64,000 nucleotides of DNA from Escherichia phage 241. The notes beneath the pieces are model-generated. The model ran no database searches, had not been told where the DNA came from, and saw only the letters and a program-made list of their open reading frames with translations. Positions within the stretch are counted from its first letter, which is position 1, and each line of letters opens with the position of its first letter. Where the stretch lies: the sequence record OR924452. One strand, 5' to 3'. Below, piece after piece: positions 40,453 to 48,607 of this stretch. The position numbers and the translations under genes were made by a program.

Positions 40453-40994
40453 GCAACCCAAAAACTCCTGTCCGTATCGCTGTTGAGCCTCTGCTGGTTG
40501 ATGCTGAGAATGCTGCTGAGCAGTACGCGAACAAAGTCATCAAGAACATAATGGACGATCTGGCCTCCAACGGCTGGGACGTCGAGAAGTGCGCTCCGTG
40601 GCCGTCTTCGGTTGGCGTCAAGTTTGGTGATCCAGATTACCAACGAATGAAATCAAAACACGCGCTCTACCGTTCTTTAACCCAGGCAGTGAATCCTTCT
40701 TACACACCTGGGAAGCCGGATATTGTCAAAGCTGATCCTGAGCGCCATGCTCTGTTTGTCAAGGAAGCACGTCGAAACGCCGCGATGCAGTATGAGTCTT
40801 TCATTTGTAAACTGGAAAACAAAATTGGTGGTCACAGCGCGGCTGTACTGAATGGTTCCCATGTATGGGGTTATTCAATCCTGACCGTGACTACACCAGA
40901 GGGTATCGAGCGCTGGAAGACTCAGACGATCATCAATGTGTCCAAGCTGGGCAAACTCTTTAACCAATATCCAACGAGGAAGGTGAAGGAGTAA
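40449..40994 (+). CDS. hypothetical protein (181 aa)
   Basis: Start at ATG 40449 overlapping upstream stop (ATGA). Confidence 0.4.
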   Translation: MSNPKTPVRIAVEPLLVDAENAAEQYANKVIKNIMDDLASNGWDVEKCAPWPSSVGVKFGDPDYQRMKSKHALYRSLTQAVNPSYTPGKPDIVKADPERHALFVKEARRNAAMQYESFICKLENKIGGHSAAVLNGSHVWGYSILTVTTPEGIERWKTQTIINVSKLGKLFNQYPTRKVKE

Positions 40995-41029
40995 AATTAG
41001 AACAACAAAGGGGCTTAATGCCCCTTTGT

Positions 41030-41488
41030 TTATTTCCCATCCCAAAAGTCGTCTTCATCGTCTACTTCATCAAACGCAGAATCCAATTCTGCGTCAGAGT
41101 ACTCTGGTAGACGACCATTCTGTTTCAGATATTCAATCTCGTCATCTTCCAATTGAAGATCCGTTGCTATAAACAGTGCTCCGGTCTCTTCATCATGTTC
41201 AATGCTATAAGACGTATATTCAGAACCTTGAACTGTAATGATGATAGATGTTGGATCTTCTGGATCCACGTGAGCTTCAAACGGGATACCGTCAATTGGG
41301 GCGTCTTCTAAGAATGTTGCAAGGGCTACGGCAGCGCGGACAACATCCGTGCCCTGTACCGATGCATAAATTTCTTCTGCACCCGTTTCCCCGCGCTCAA
41401 AGAATTCAATCGTAGTTCCGTCTTGAACCCCAGTCCAGATAGGCATATCTGCTGGTGTATCGGCTTCAAATAATTTTGAAATTGGCAT
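41030..41488 (-). CDS. hypothetical acidic protein (152 aa)
   Basis: ORF, Asp/Glu-rich. Confidence 0.4.
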   Translation of the reverse strand: MPISKLFEADTPADMPIWTGVQDGTTIEFFERGETGAEEIYASVQGTDVVRAAVALATFLEDAPIDGIPFEAHVDPEDPTSIIITVQGSEYTSYSIEHDEETGALFIATDLQLEDDEIEYLKQNGRLPEYSDAELDSAFDEVDDEDDFWDGK

Positions 41489-41523
41489 GTTCGTTTCCTC
41501 TATGGATAAACCTTATGGGATAT

Positions 41524-41973
41524 TTAGGCTTCTCTCTTCGCCAGCCCTGGTTTGAATACCACCATTTCTTCTACGTTATTGGCACTCATAGAGGCTATAG
41601 AATCGAACCCTTTGTTGACAAGTTCTTTCACATTATCATGTATCTTACCAGGCTTTATCCCCAACTCTCGCATTTTATTTTCCCACACCGAAACGTTATT
41701 AGAATCTATCACCAGAGTCTTCTTGGCCTTAACACGAAATGCCATGACAACAGGTTCACCAGATTGACGATAGCGAACGGCGTTTTCCGCGTAGATCTGC
41801 GCTTTTTCTGGATCCCCTGTCAGGTAAAATCCAGCACCCATCGTACCAGAGTCAGTCTGGCCAAATTTTTCAAAATCAAAGACGTCGAATTCAACATTCG
41901 ACCCATGATATAAAACAATATCCGTAAAATCGGGCAATGTTGATTCACGATAGAATTCTAGGAAGGTTTTCAT
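41524..41973 (-). CDS. hypothetical protein (149 aa); possible H-Y-E class ADP-ribosyltransferase-like fold
   Basis: YHGS ... GAGFY ... EEMVVF pattern resembles PARP/Tpt1/DarT-type motifs; preceded by the conserved late leader element. Confidence 0.4.
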   Translation of the reverse strand: MKTFLEFYRESTLPDFTDIVLYHGSNVEFDVFDFEKFGQTDSGTMGAGFYLTGDPEKAQIYAENAVRYRQSGEPVVMAFRVKAKKTLVIDSNNVSVWENKMRELGIKPGKIHDNVKELVNKGFDSIASMSANNVEEMVVFKPGLAKREA

Positions 41974-42007
41974 AGATACCCCACACTTGCTGTATGGGGT
42001 ATTTAGG
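41974..42007 (-). promoter_or_regulatory. conserved late leader element: CTAAATA + hairpin ATACCCCA...TGGGGTAT, then ATG
   Basis: Fourth copy (minus strand) of the element found upstream of three tail spike genes. Confidence 0.45.
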
Positions 42008-42012
42008 AGGGA

Positions 42013-43206
42013 TCAATCAGGGGTAAACTCGTTCACAGGAACTTGTTCCGGCATAGACAATTCGGGGCATGCTGCCTTCATTGGCTCAATATACGGCTTG
42101 CTACCAACAATCCAGAACAGAGCGTTTTCGTTGAGCAGTTCTGGCTTATGCTGTTGGATCCAGGTCATGACCTTGCCTTCATAGCGAGGATGCAACTCAA
42201 TATCGCCCCACTGGTAATCCATCAGGTCATTATAGCGAACCCAATTCGTTGTATGCAAATCCCAATGGTGTACTGCAAAGCGTGGGAGCGTTATCTCCGG
42301 CTCTCCCTTCTCGCGGATACCCATCAGGAGGCCAGCCAGCGAAACGCTCTTAGAGGCATGCTGAAGATCCTTCTTGCCGTACACATAATCTGGGTTGTCA
42401 TGATAGCAACGAGTAAAATCCGTTATGTGTGGAAGATTAGCTTGTTTTCCAATAATACGCAAACGGCTTTCAATAAAGTCCAGACGGTTGGGACCAATCC
42501 CGATCAGATATACATTTTTCAGATTCGGTTTCGGGTGCATAGCCAGCCCTGTCAAAATGCTGGTACAAGAATTACATGAACCAGCAGGAATGATCAGATC
42601 TGTGATATGGTCCGGAATGTTAGCAACCTGCTCGCCGCCCAGCATATGAAATCCTGCAATCCTCTCCGGAGAATGCAACGTATGATCCAGAGTGATCCCA
42701 TACTCTAGATAATATGCTTTTGGATTCTGCTGCTCAATCAATTTCTTGCAGCGCGGCTGGATAGTGCTGTTGTAACCCGAACCGACAAAGTTGAATTCGC
42801 TGCCGAACCATGCACTCATCTTAACCATATCGTGGTTCATACAGGTGGTTGGTTTGGTCGCGCCCAGGACTGTAGTTGTCTTGCCGCCGAAATGCCGTGA
42901 GACTGCTGTCGCCATAGGGGACTGCGGACTACCAACGACAGTACCATGGATAAGGTCTGGGGAGCCTCCGGCCTTGAGATGCTCAACCATGAGCCAGATG
43001 GCCTGACGAAGTTTACTGCCGTTGATGCCCTGCTTGCCATCTGTATAGTTGGACAGCGGCGCGAAGTAATCTTCACGCTTGAACCAGACCTGTTGATTGG
43101 TTTCAGGGTTGGCAACGAGTTCGCACGGGGTGTGCTTGTAGAGGTAGTCTTCCCAGTGGACCAGGTTGCGGTCGAGGGAAAGTGTATCGAAGATGGACTT
43201 GTTCAT
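42013..43206 (-). CDS. PLP-dependent enzyme, fold type II (Trp synthase beta / ACC deaminase-like)
   Basis: FKREDY...GSKLRQ (PLP-lysine region) and GTVVGSPQSP...TAVSRHFGG glycine loop match ACC deaminase/D-Cys desulfhydrase family. Confidence 0.55.
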   Translation of the reverse strand: MNKSIFDTLSLDRNLVHWEDYLYKHTPCELVANPETNQQVWFKREDYFAPLSNYTDGKQGINGSKLRQAIWLMVEHLKAGGSPDLIHGTVVGSPQSPMATAVSRHFGGKTTTVLGATKPTTCMNHDMVKMSAWFGSEFNFVGSGYNSTIQPRCKKLIEQQNPKAYYLEYGITLDHTLHSPERIAGFHMLGGEQVANIPDHITDLIIPAGSCNSCTSILTGLAMHPKPNLKNVYLIGIGPNRLDFIESRLRIIGKQANLPHITDFTRCYHDNPDYVYGKKDLQHASKSVSLAGLLMGIREKGEPEITLPRFAVHHWDLHTTNWVRYNDLMDYQWGDIELHPRYEGKVMTWIQQHKPELLNENALFWIVGSKPYIEPMKAACPELSMPEQVPVNEFTPD

Positions 43207-43275
43207 TCTATTTCTCCTGTAGACATTGGCTTATCATAGCGTATCTACAGGAGTATAGAAAAGGAGAATCTCGGG

Positions 43276-43944
43276 TTACTTGGTCAGAAAATCCATCAGG
43301 CGGCGGAAAAACGATTTGCGTTCTACTGGTTTCTTAGATTCAGGGACCGGAATAGAACTATCATATTTAACAACCGGAGCACCCTGATCGTTCAGAACAC
43401 GACTGGCTGGTGGAGTCGGCTTCAAAGATTTGATCGCCTGATTCAGATCGGAATTGTCCACAACACTCGCTTCTTCAGCCACAGAAACACACGGCTTGAT
43501 TAAAACAGATTTCTTAGACTGCTCATACTGATGAGCGATATCTAGATATTTCTTGCGCTCAGCGTAGAAATCGACGTTCTTAACTTTACGGCGGCGAGCA
43601 GTAGAACTCTCTTCACCATAAAAGTCATATCCATTTTTGAACATCCAATTCACTGCTTGCTCAAATGAATTGAATACCATATACAGGCCGCGCCGCCCGT
43701 TGACCATATCGTCTTCGCTGGAATAACCGATGAACACCGCTTGGCCTTTCTTGTTCAGATCAAATGGGGTGCAGACGCCCGTATCATCTAGGGAACGCGG
43801 TGCGAGGTGCCCGTCTCTGTAAATGTAAGCCGGATACAAGAACTCATTCAGAGTGCGCTTGTTGCCTTTATATGTGTACAGACGAGCAAATGGAGGCAGA
43901 TCACAAACAACATCATTGTAATCCCAGATTGTTACATTGCGCAT
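43276..43944 (-). CDS. hypothetical protein (222 aa)
   Basis: ORF. Confidence 0.4.
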   Translation of the reverse strand: MRNVTIWDYNDVVCDLPPFARLYTYKGNKRTLNEFLYPAYIYRDGHLAPRSLDDTGVCTPFDLNKKGQAVFIGYSSEDDMVNGRRGLYMVFNSFEQAVNWMFKNGYDFYGEESSTARRRKVKNVDFYAERKKYLDIAHQYEQSKKSVLIKPCVSVAEEASVVDNSDLNQAIKSLKPTPPASRVLNDQGAPVVKYDSSIPVPESKKPVERKSFFRRLMDFLTK

Positions 43945-44015
43945 GGTGTTTCCTCAAATCAATGAAGGGGTTTATAAACGGTTAAATTTTAAACCCCTTA
44001 TTGTCATTGAACAAA

Positions 44016-44534
44016 TCAAATACTGGTCATATAGAGTGGGACAACCTGCTCGGCAATCAACACGACCTCAGTAATAGTGAAGTCACCGCCATAAGAGTAC
44101 AGTTTGATTTGCGCCCCGTTTGTCGCCAGATTCCCATCCTTGTCAACACTGAAGAACGTAATGAAAGACAGGGTGTCCGGCGGCGGCACGCTAGCATCAC
44201 GACTTCTTGATAACTGGTTCCCAACAGAGCCAACAAAGTCAACAATCATGGTTCTGTTTGAAGTGGATCCAGACCATGAACCGACGATATTGACCTTCAC
44301 CGGAAGAATAGAATCATAAGGAAACGCGTGAAATTTGTGATCTGATAATTTAAAGAACGGAGCCAAACCAGTAGGAGAAGAAGGGTTCGGAGTCTTCCCA
44401 TCCAACACAGTTAACAAATCTATTCCAGTTGCCCCAGAAGTTAGAAGTTGTGACAAACCGGAAAATCTGACTTCTGTTTTGATGCGATGGGTCTGAAGCA
44501 TATTCCCCAAATAGGGAGATGTCAAAATGGCCAT
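44016..44534 (-). CDS. hypothetical protein (172 aa)
   Basis: ORF. Confidence 0.4.
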   Translation of the reverse strand: MAILTSPYLGNMLQTHRIKTEVRFSGLSQLLTSGATGIDLLTVLDGKTPNPSSPTGLAPFFKLSDHKFHAFPYDSILPVKVNIVGSWSGSTSNRTMIVDFVGSVGNQLSRSRDASVPPPDTLSFITFFSVDKDGNLATNGAQIKLYSYGGDFTITEVVLIAEQVVPLYMTSI

Positions 44535-44543
44535 ACTCCCTCC

Positions 44544-44777
44544 TTAAGAAACGATAACCGTCGCATCAGAATTAATTGCCTTAACCCATCCCACCGTCGG
44601 CGGGGTTAAAACGACCATATTTCCTTGATATATGATATGCGCGTTGTTACCCGTTGGAGTGCTGGGGCTATCACACAGATACACAGAACCGTGAGTCACT
44701 TGAAGAGTTTTCAAAGATGTGCCGTCTGAGACTTGCGTCCATGTACTTGCGTTTGGTGTGATCTTAGCAGTTGCCAT
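44544..44777 (-). CDS. hypothetical protein (77 aa)
   Basis: AAGGAGG SD; AATAAATA late-promoter-like motif ~26 nt upstream. Confidence 0.4.
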   Translation of the reverse strand: MATAKITPNASTWTQVSDGTSLKTLQVTHGSVYLCDSPSTPTGNNAHIIYQGNMVVLTPPTVGWVKAINSDATVIVS

Positions 44778-44814
44778 AATAGACCTCCTTTACAAGTCAG
44801 ATCTATTTATTACA

Positions 44815-44846
44815 GACAAAAAGAAACCCGATCATCCTGATCGGGC
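44815..44846 (-). terminator. rho-independent terminator (CCCGAUCA-gga-UGAUCGGG + UUUCUUUUU)
   Basis: 8-bp stem and U-run on minus strand between tRNA island and downstream operon. Confidence 0.45.
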
Positions 44847-44895
44847 TATGTTAAACCATCGTGGGGATGGAAAGACTACTCACAGCAATTTCTGA

Positions 44896-44990
44896 TAATG
44901 GGCGTTGGGAGAGTGCGTCGGGAATCGAACCCGAAACCGTCAGGACAATGAAAAGCTATTGCATTTCACCTTGCATATCCTCCGGCTTTC
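44896..44990 (-). ncRNA. tRNA-like element (T-arm UCGGG-UUCGAUU-CCCGA); no cloverleaf resolved
   Basis: Canonical T-arm on minus strand but no complementary 5' acceptor or 7-nt anticodon loop found by hand. Confidence 0.2.
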
Positions 44991-45071
44991 TTAACTTCCT
45001 TAACCCCAGATTGTTATGAAGTCGGCATGCACACCTTCTTCATCTTCAGGAAGTCACACTCATTGTTCTGG

Positions 45072-45144
45072 TTGCTTCAACTGGATTCGAACCAGTGACC
45101 TCTCCCTTATCAGGGGAACGCTCTACCTACTGAGCTATGAAGCA
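45072..45144 (-). tRNA. tRNA-Ile (anticodon GAU)
   Basis: Hand-folded cloverleaf: 7-bp acceptor, D-arm GCUC/GAGC, anticodon loop CUGAUAA, T-arm ACUGG-UUCGAAU-CCAGU; 73 nt. Confidence 0.7.
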
Positions 45145-45210
45145 ATTTGGTGCCCGTTAGAGGAGTTGAACCTCAGCACTCTGGTGATCAACCCAGAGAG
45201 TCGCGCCTCA
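45145..45210 (-). ncRNA. tRNA-like 3' module (T-arm-like + acceptor-like + CCA) abutting tRNA-Ile
   Basis: Sequence ...GAGGUUCAACUCCUCUAACGGGCACCA ends 3 nt before tRNA-Ile 5' end; only distant 5' partner (GCCCGUC, ~145 nt upstream). Confidence 0.2.
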
Positions 45211-45498
45211 TCTATTTGATGGTCAATTTGGGTCTTGCAAAACCTTTACTGACCGTCTACAAACAGACTGCTTGACCGAGCGTAATTTGGACGGGCTTCA
45301 CACCCGATTGTGCATTTGATCTGCCGTAGCCCAACTCCCCGCGCCGAAGCGCCGATTGGTTAACTGGCACCAGTGCCTTCTGGTTCGATCTCCTGTAACT
45401 TTACAGGCTTTGCGCCCGACCATTTCTGGAAGTTGAGGCATCGTTTCCGATGTGGAGTCCCCTCATTTTACACAGCTGGCTGCAACGCTTACCGTGTT

Positions 45499-45582
45499 TG
45501 GTGTGAGTGGATGGATTCGAACCACCGCGCTGTTACGGGGAGATTTACAGTCTCCTGCATTCGACCGCTCTGCCACACTCAC
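45499..45582 (-). tRNA. tRNA-Tyr (anticodon GUA), type II with long variable arm, encoded CCA
   Basis: Hand-folded: acceptor GUGAGUG/CACUCAC, 3-bp D-stem, anticodon loop CUGUAAA, 12-nt variable region, T-arm GGUGG-UUCGAAU-CCAUC. Confidence 0.65.
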
Positions 45583-45589
45583 ATTTAGT

Positions 45590-45659
45590 CTACCGCCGCG
45601 TGCTGGGCCACGCTCGAGGACATCGGCCATCCTTCCTCAGCTAATCCACGCGGCGGTAG
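45590..45659. repeat. 13-bp perfect inverted repeat (CTACCGCCGCGTG / CACGCGGCGGTAG), 44-nt spacer
   Basis: Read directly; lies immediately 5' of tRNA-Tyr on the transcribed strand. Confidence 0.5.
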
Positions 45660-45826
45660 ATTTGGATCAGAGTGTACGGTGTAGCATTCCGCAGGGGTGC
45701 ACCTACTGTAGCCCTTCCACTCTGAAATTGGTGGGTGTTACTTCCGTCGGGTTCAGATTCCGTTCGGCTATTGGACTTCGCTTCAAGAGCTTGTCGTTCG
45801 CGTACTTCGTGCTTACTTGCTTTCGT

Positions 45827-46261
45827 TCACACCCATTGTCTGGTACGTATTTCTTGAATAACTTCGTCAAACAAGAAATCCTTTAACCATTTTACTCCCA
45901 CCACCTGATTATTCTTAGGCGGCGTTACCCTCAATCTAACATTCTTTGGATATTGTTTAGGATCCACCAAGACTTCTGTGCAAGTCTCAGGATGATAGCC
46001 ATAATACAAGTCAACAACATCCGAATGGTAAACCGATTTACATTTACCATTGTAATAATTCGTGGAACTGGCATCAAGAATAAAGGATGCCTTATCTTGT
46101 AAAAGGGTTTTGCATTGTACTTTGTACAAGCGCCCTTCTATATCCAAAACAAAATCATACGGCGCATTATCACCGAAAGGTTGAGAAACTGTTAGCCCCT
46201 GCTCAGTGCATTTGAACAAGAACCTAGTCTCACCTATCATACCCCGTTGTTTCGAATTCAA
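45827..46261 (-). CDS. hypothetical protein (144 aa) within tRNA island; possible nuclease-like
   Basis: ORF between tRNA-Tyr and tRNA-Met; PYDFVLD...E.RLYKVQCK loosely resembles a PD-(D/E)xK motif. Confidence 0.35.
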   Translation of the reverse strand: MNSKQRGMIGETRFLFKCTEQGLTVSQPFGDNAPYDFVLDIEGRLYKVQCKTLLQDKASFILDASSTNYYNGKCKSVYHSDVVDLYYGYHPETCTEVLVDPKQYPKNVRLRVTPPKNNQVVGVKWLKDFLFDEVIQEIRTRQWV

Positions 46262-46273
46262 ATTATTCCGCCT

Positions 46274-46498
46274 TTATCCGTGCTTGTTCGCTTCAATTGC
46301 CCTTAATTGAGCATCAGCGTCAGCTTTGGTGTCATGTGTCCCAAGAACCTTCGTCTTGGTGTGGTCAAGGACAACCCACTTGTCGCCTCGCTTTTCAACA
46401 AACTCAACAATCTCTTTGTTGTCAGTAGCGAGGCCATCCCACTCAGCAAGAAACTCACCGAACGTTTTCATCATACTCACCAATCGTTTATTGAACAA
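46274..46498 (-). CDS. hypothetical protein (74 aa)
   Basis: ORF within tRNA island. Confidence 0.35.
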   Translation of the reverse strand: MFNKRLVSMMKTFGEFLAEWDGLATDNKEIVEFVEKRGDKWVVLDHTKTKVLGTHDTKADADAQLRAIEANKHG

Positions 46499-46591
46499 CT
46501 GGTTTATTTAGGTGCTCCCGAGGCGGTATTTTAATCCCGCGATCCCATCTCGCCTGTCGTAGACCGGAGCATGCTGACAGTCCAACATATT

Positions 46592-46667
46592 TGGTGACCC
46601 TGGCTGGACTTGAACCAGCGACCAATCGATTATGAGTCGACTGCTCTAACCACTGAGCTACGGGGCC
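46592..46667 (-). tRNA. tRNA-Met (anticodon CAU), encoded CCA
   Basis: Hand-folded: acceptor GGCCCCG (one C-A mismatch), D-arm GCUC-AGUGGUUA-GAGC, anticodon loop CUCAUAA, T-arm GCUGG-UUCAAGU-CCAGC. Confidence 0.7.
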
Positions 46668-46781
46668 AAAATTGGCGGGGTCTGAGGCTTTTCACCTCAC
46701 CTGCTGGATTGGCCTCCAGCTGTTTGTTCTCTCTGGGGACTCGCTGTCCGGACAGCTGTCCCTTAAACTATCGCCCCTTAA

Positions 46782-46892
46782 TTCATATTGCTGTGGGTAG
46801 TACCAAAGCGGAGATTTGGAATCTCTCACCCTATAGCGACCTTTAAACCGTTTGATCAGTCCGATCCAAAGGACTACCCACAGCAATATGAA
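46782..46892. repeat. 20-bp inverted repeat (TTCATATTGCTGTGGGTAGT / ACTACCCACAGCAATATGAA), 71-nt spacer
   Basis: Read directly from sequence. Confidence 0.55.
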
Positions 46893-47091
46893 TTTGTTGT
46901 GTCCAATCAAGGACTGTCAACCTTTTATCCCGTTTGTGCATGATCAGTTCATGCAGGCCTCTTTGTGCGCCTCACAGCAACGCGCTTCTGTAGGTCATTG
47001 ACTTGCACCGTAGTCTCACCACAGGCGTTTATTTTTCCAGGGCTTTCCACTTACAAGTCTTAACCAGATCGGGATACGGGCTTGTAAGATC

Positions 47092-47169
47092 GGATTGGAC
47101 ACAACTTTGATGGCTCTAGGACTAAAGATCCCGCGTCACCCATAGACTTGGTTTATAAAATCTAGAGCC
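47092..47169. repeat. 18-bp perfect inverted repeat (CAACTTTGATGGCTCTAG / CTAGAGCCATCAAAGTTG), 42-nt spacer
   Basis: Read directly from sequence. Confidence 0.55.
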
Positions 47170-47560
47170 ATCAAAGTTGCAACCAATGTCGCAACTCGCA
47201 CTTCAGCGTCTTCGTCTCGCTTCAGCACTTGTCCTCTACGTTCGGACCAAACGAGGCTGGCCGACAGAAACATAACACCACTCATCACTAGAGCGAGGAT
47301 GTGGTTGATAGCCACGATGTTACGTCTCTGTCGTAGAGTGATCACACTTGTCAGGATGATCACTGTTTTGCGAACTTGAAAATACTGCGCCTGTCTCGGG
47401 TTTCCCCTTAGTTCGGCCTCTCATTGTTCGTCTGGTCAGGGAGCTACCCTTGATGACCAGCTTATTTTGAGATCTTCGCCAGCACCCACTAGTGTCTAGA
47501 ATATGTAGGTGTCGAGGTCTGCAAGGCATTGCCCTATTTCATACAACGCTCTCTCAAGTG

Positions 47561-47694
47561 CGCAAATCGAAGTTCTCTGGGCTTAACAGGTTCGACCCAA
47601 CATGTTGTATATCGCCTAACTTGCTCATGGGACGGACACATCTGTGTACAGACCTTGAGGGTTAAAAGATATACCCAGAGAACTTCGATTTGCG
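47561..47694. repeat. 21-bp perfect inverted repeat (CGCAAATCGAAGTTCTCTGGG / CCCAGAGAACTTCGATTTGCG), 92-nt spacer
   Basis: Read directly from sequence. Confidence 0.55.
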
Positions 47695-47840
47695 TTGTGG
47701 GGGCAAACCCCCACACGGCCACTTCTTTGACAGGGATTGCCAGCCCTGGGGATTCCACTGTTTAAGGCTTTATCCCATAACGCCTGAGGCGCGTTTTAAC
47801 TTATTGAGCTTGCATAACTGCAAACTGATGCGCTGTGAGA

Positions 47841-47973
47841 CACATCTTTGAGGGCACTCAGTGTACAACAGGCTCCGATATTTCATAGGGCATTACTGCC
47901 TCGGATTTAAGTTGCCTTTCTCCTGAAACTCCATGCAGTCTCGCGTCTGACGCGGAATGCCCTCAAAGATGTG
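47841..47973. repeat. 16-bp perfect inverted repeat (CACATCTTTGAGGGCA / TGCCCTCAAAGATGTG), 101-nt spacer
   Basis: Read directly from sequence. Confidence 0.55.
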
Positions 47974-47975
47974 GA

Positions 47976-48096
47976 GCCGTTTTAGGGAGTCGAACCCAAA
48001 TGCTTGGCCAGCGCTGACCTTACATCCCATCTGACTTAGGCAACCCACCTCTGCTACTCAGGAGCTTATCCCCTTTGGACAGTCAGATATAACGGC
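47976..48096 (-). ncRNA. tRNA-like module: T-arm-like (GGG-UUCGACU-CCC) + acceptor-like pairing GCCGUU/AACGGC enclosing ~120 nt, CCA-like 3' end
   Basis: T-loop and 3' ...AAACGGCUCCA read directly; 5' partner GCCGUUA found 127 nt upstream; no anticodon arm. Confidence 0.2.
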
Positions 48097-48100
48097 TTTG

Positions 48101-48190
48101 GGATTGGAGGAAGGACTCGAACCTTCTCATGTACGCTCCTGATTTCTCAGAAGTAGCCTGCTCCCATCGACCTATTAAGTACACGCTCCG
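48101..48190 (-). ncRNA. tRNA-like module with perfect T-arm (GAAGG-UUCGAGU-CCUUC), acceptor 3' strand and CCA; no cloverleaf
   Basis: 3' end ...CCUUC-CUCCAAU-C-CCA is tRNA-like; only a 1-mismatch 5' partner too close for a full tRNA. Confidence 0.25.
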
Positions 48191-48395
48191 CTCATTGTTC
48201 GGCGGGAGCTTATTAATCACACCCTCCCACCTATTGTTAGTGCGCCGAATTTTGTTATGAGGAATCGGAAGACCTCACTGACTTATAGGCTATTACGCCG
48301 CCATCAGAACTTCGGAATCATTAGCAGTTATTTGCTTGGTCAGTTTCTAAAAACCCGCAAAGTCACGCACAACGAAAACGAAAACCTGTTTGAGT

Positions 48396-48451
48396 CCTAA
48401 ACCTACCTGTCTTGGTCTCACATCGATATGAGTGGCCAGGACTCAAACAGC
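48396..48451. repeat. 12-bp perfect inverted repeat (CTGTTTGAGTCC / GGACTCAAACAG), 32-nt spacer
   Basis: Read directly from sequence. Confidence 0.45.
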
Positions 48452-48513
48452 TTGCCGTTCAGTGAGTTAACTATACTTTGTAACCCGTTATTGATAAAAC
48501 CTTTTATTTTGTT

Positions 48514-48607
48514 GGCGAGGGTGTGGAATCGAACCACACTTCTGAGCGCTACCCCGTGTCACCACCTCACCATCGATTTGCCGGAACTTACGCATCCGGC
48601 CTCGCCT
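48514..48607 (-). ncRNA. tRNA-like module: acceptor GGCGAGG/CCUCGCC + T-arm GUGUGG-UUCGAUU-CCACAC, CCGG-hairpin in place of D-arm, no anticodon arm
   Basis: All 5-bp/7-nt-loop combinations in the central 42 nt tested by hand; none pair. Confidence 0.25.

Noticed and set aside
44896-44990. Calling the first T-arm-containing element a tRNA
   Set aside because: No 5' acceptor strand complementary to the 3' strand and no 7-nt anticodon loop could be found; kept only as a low-confidence tRNA-like element.
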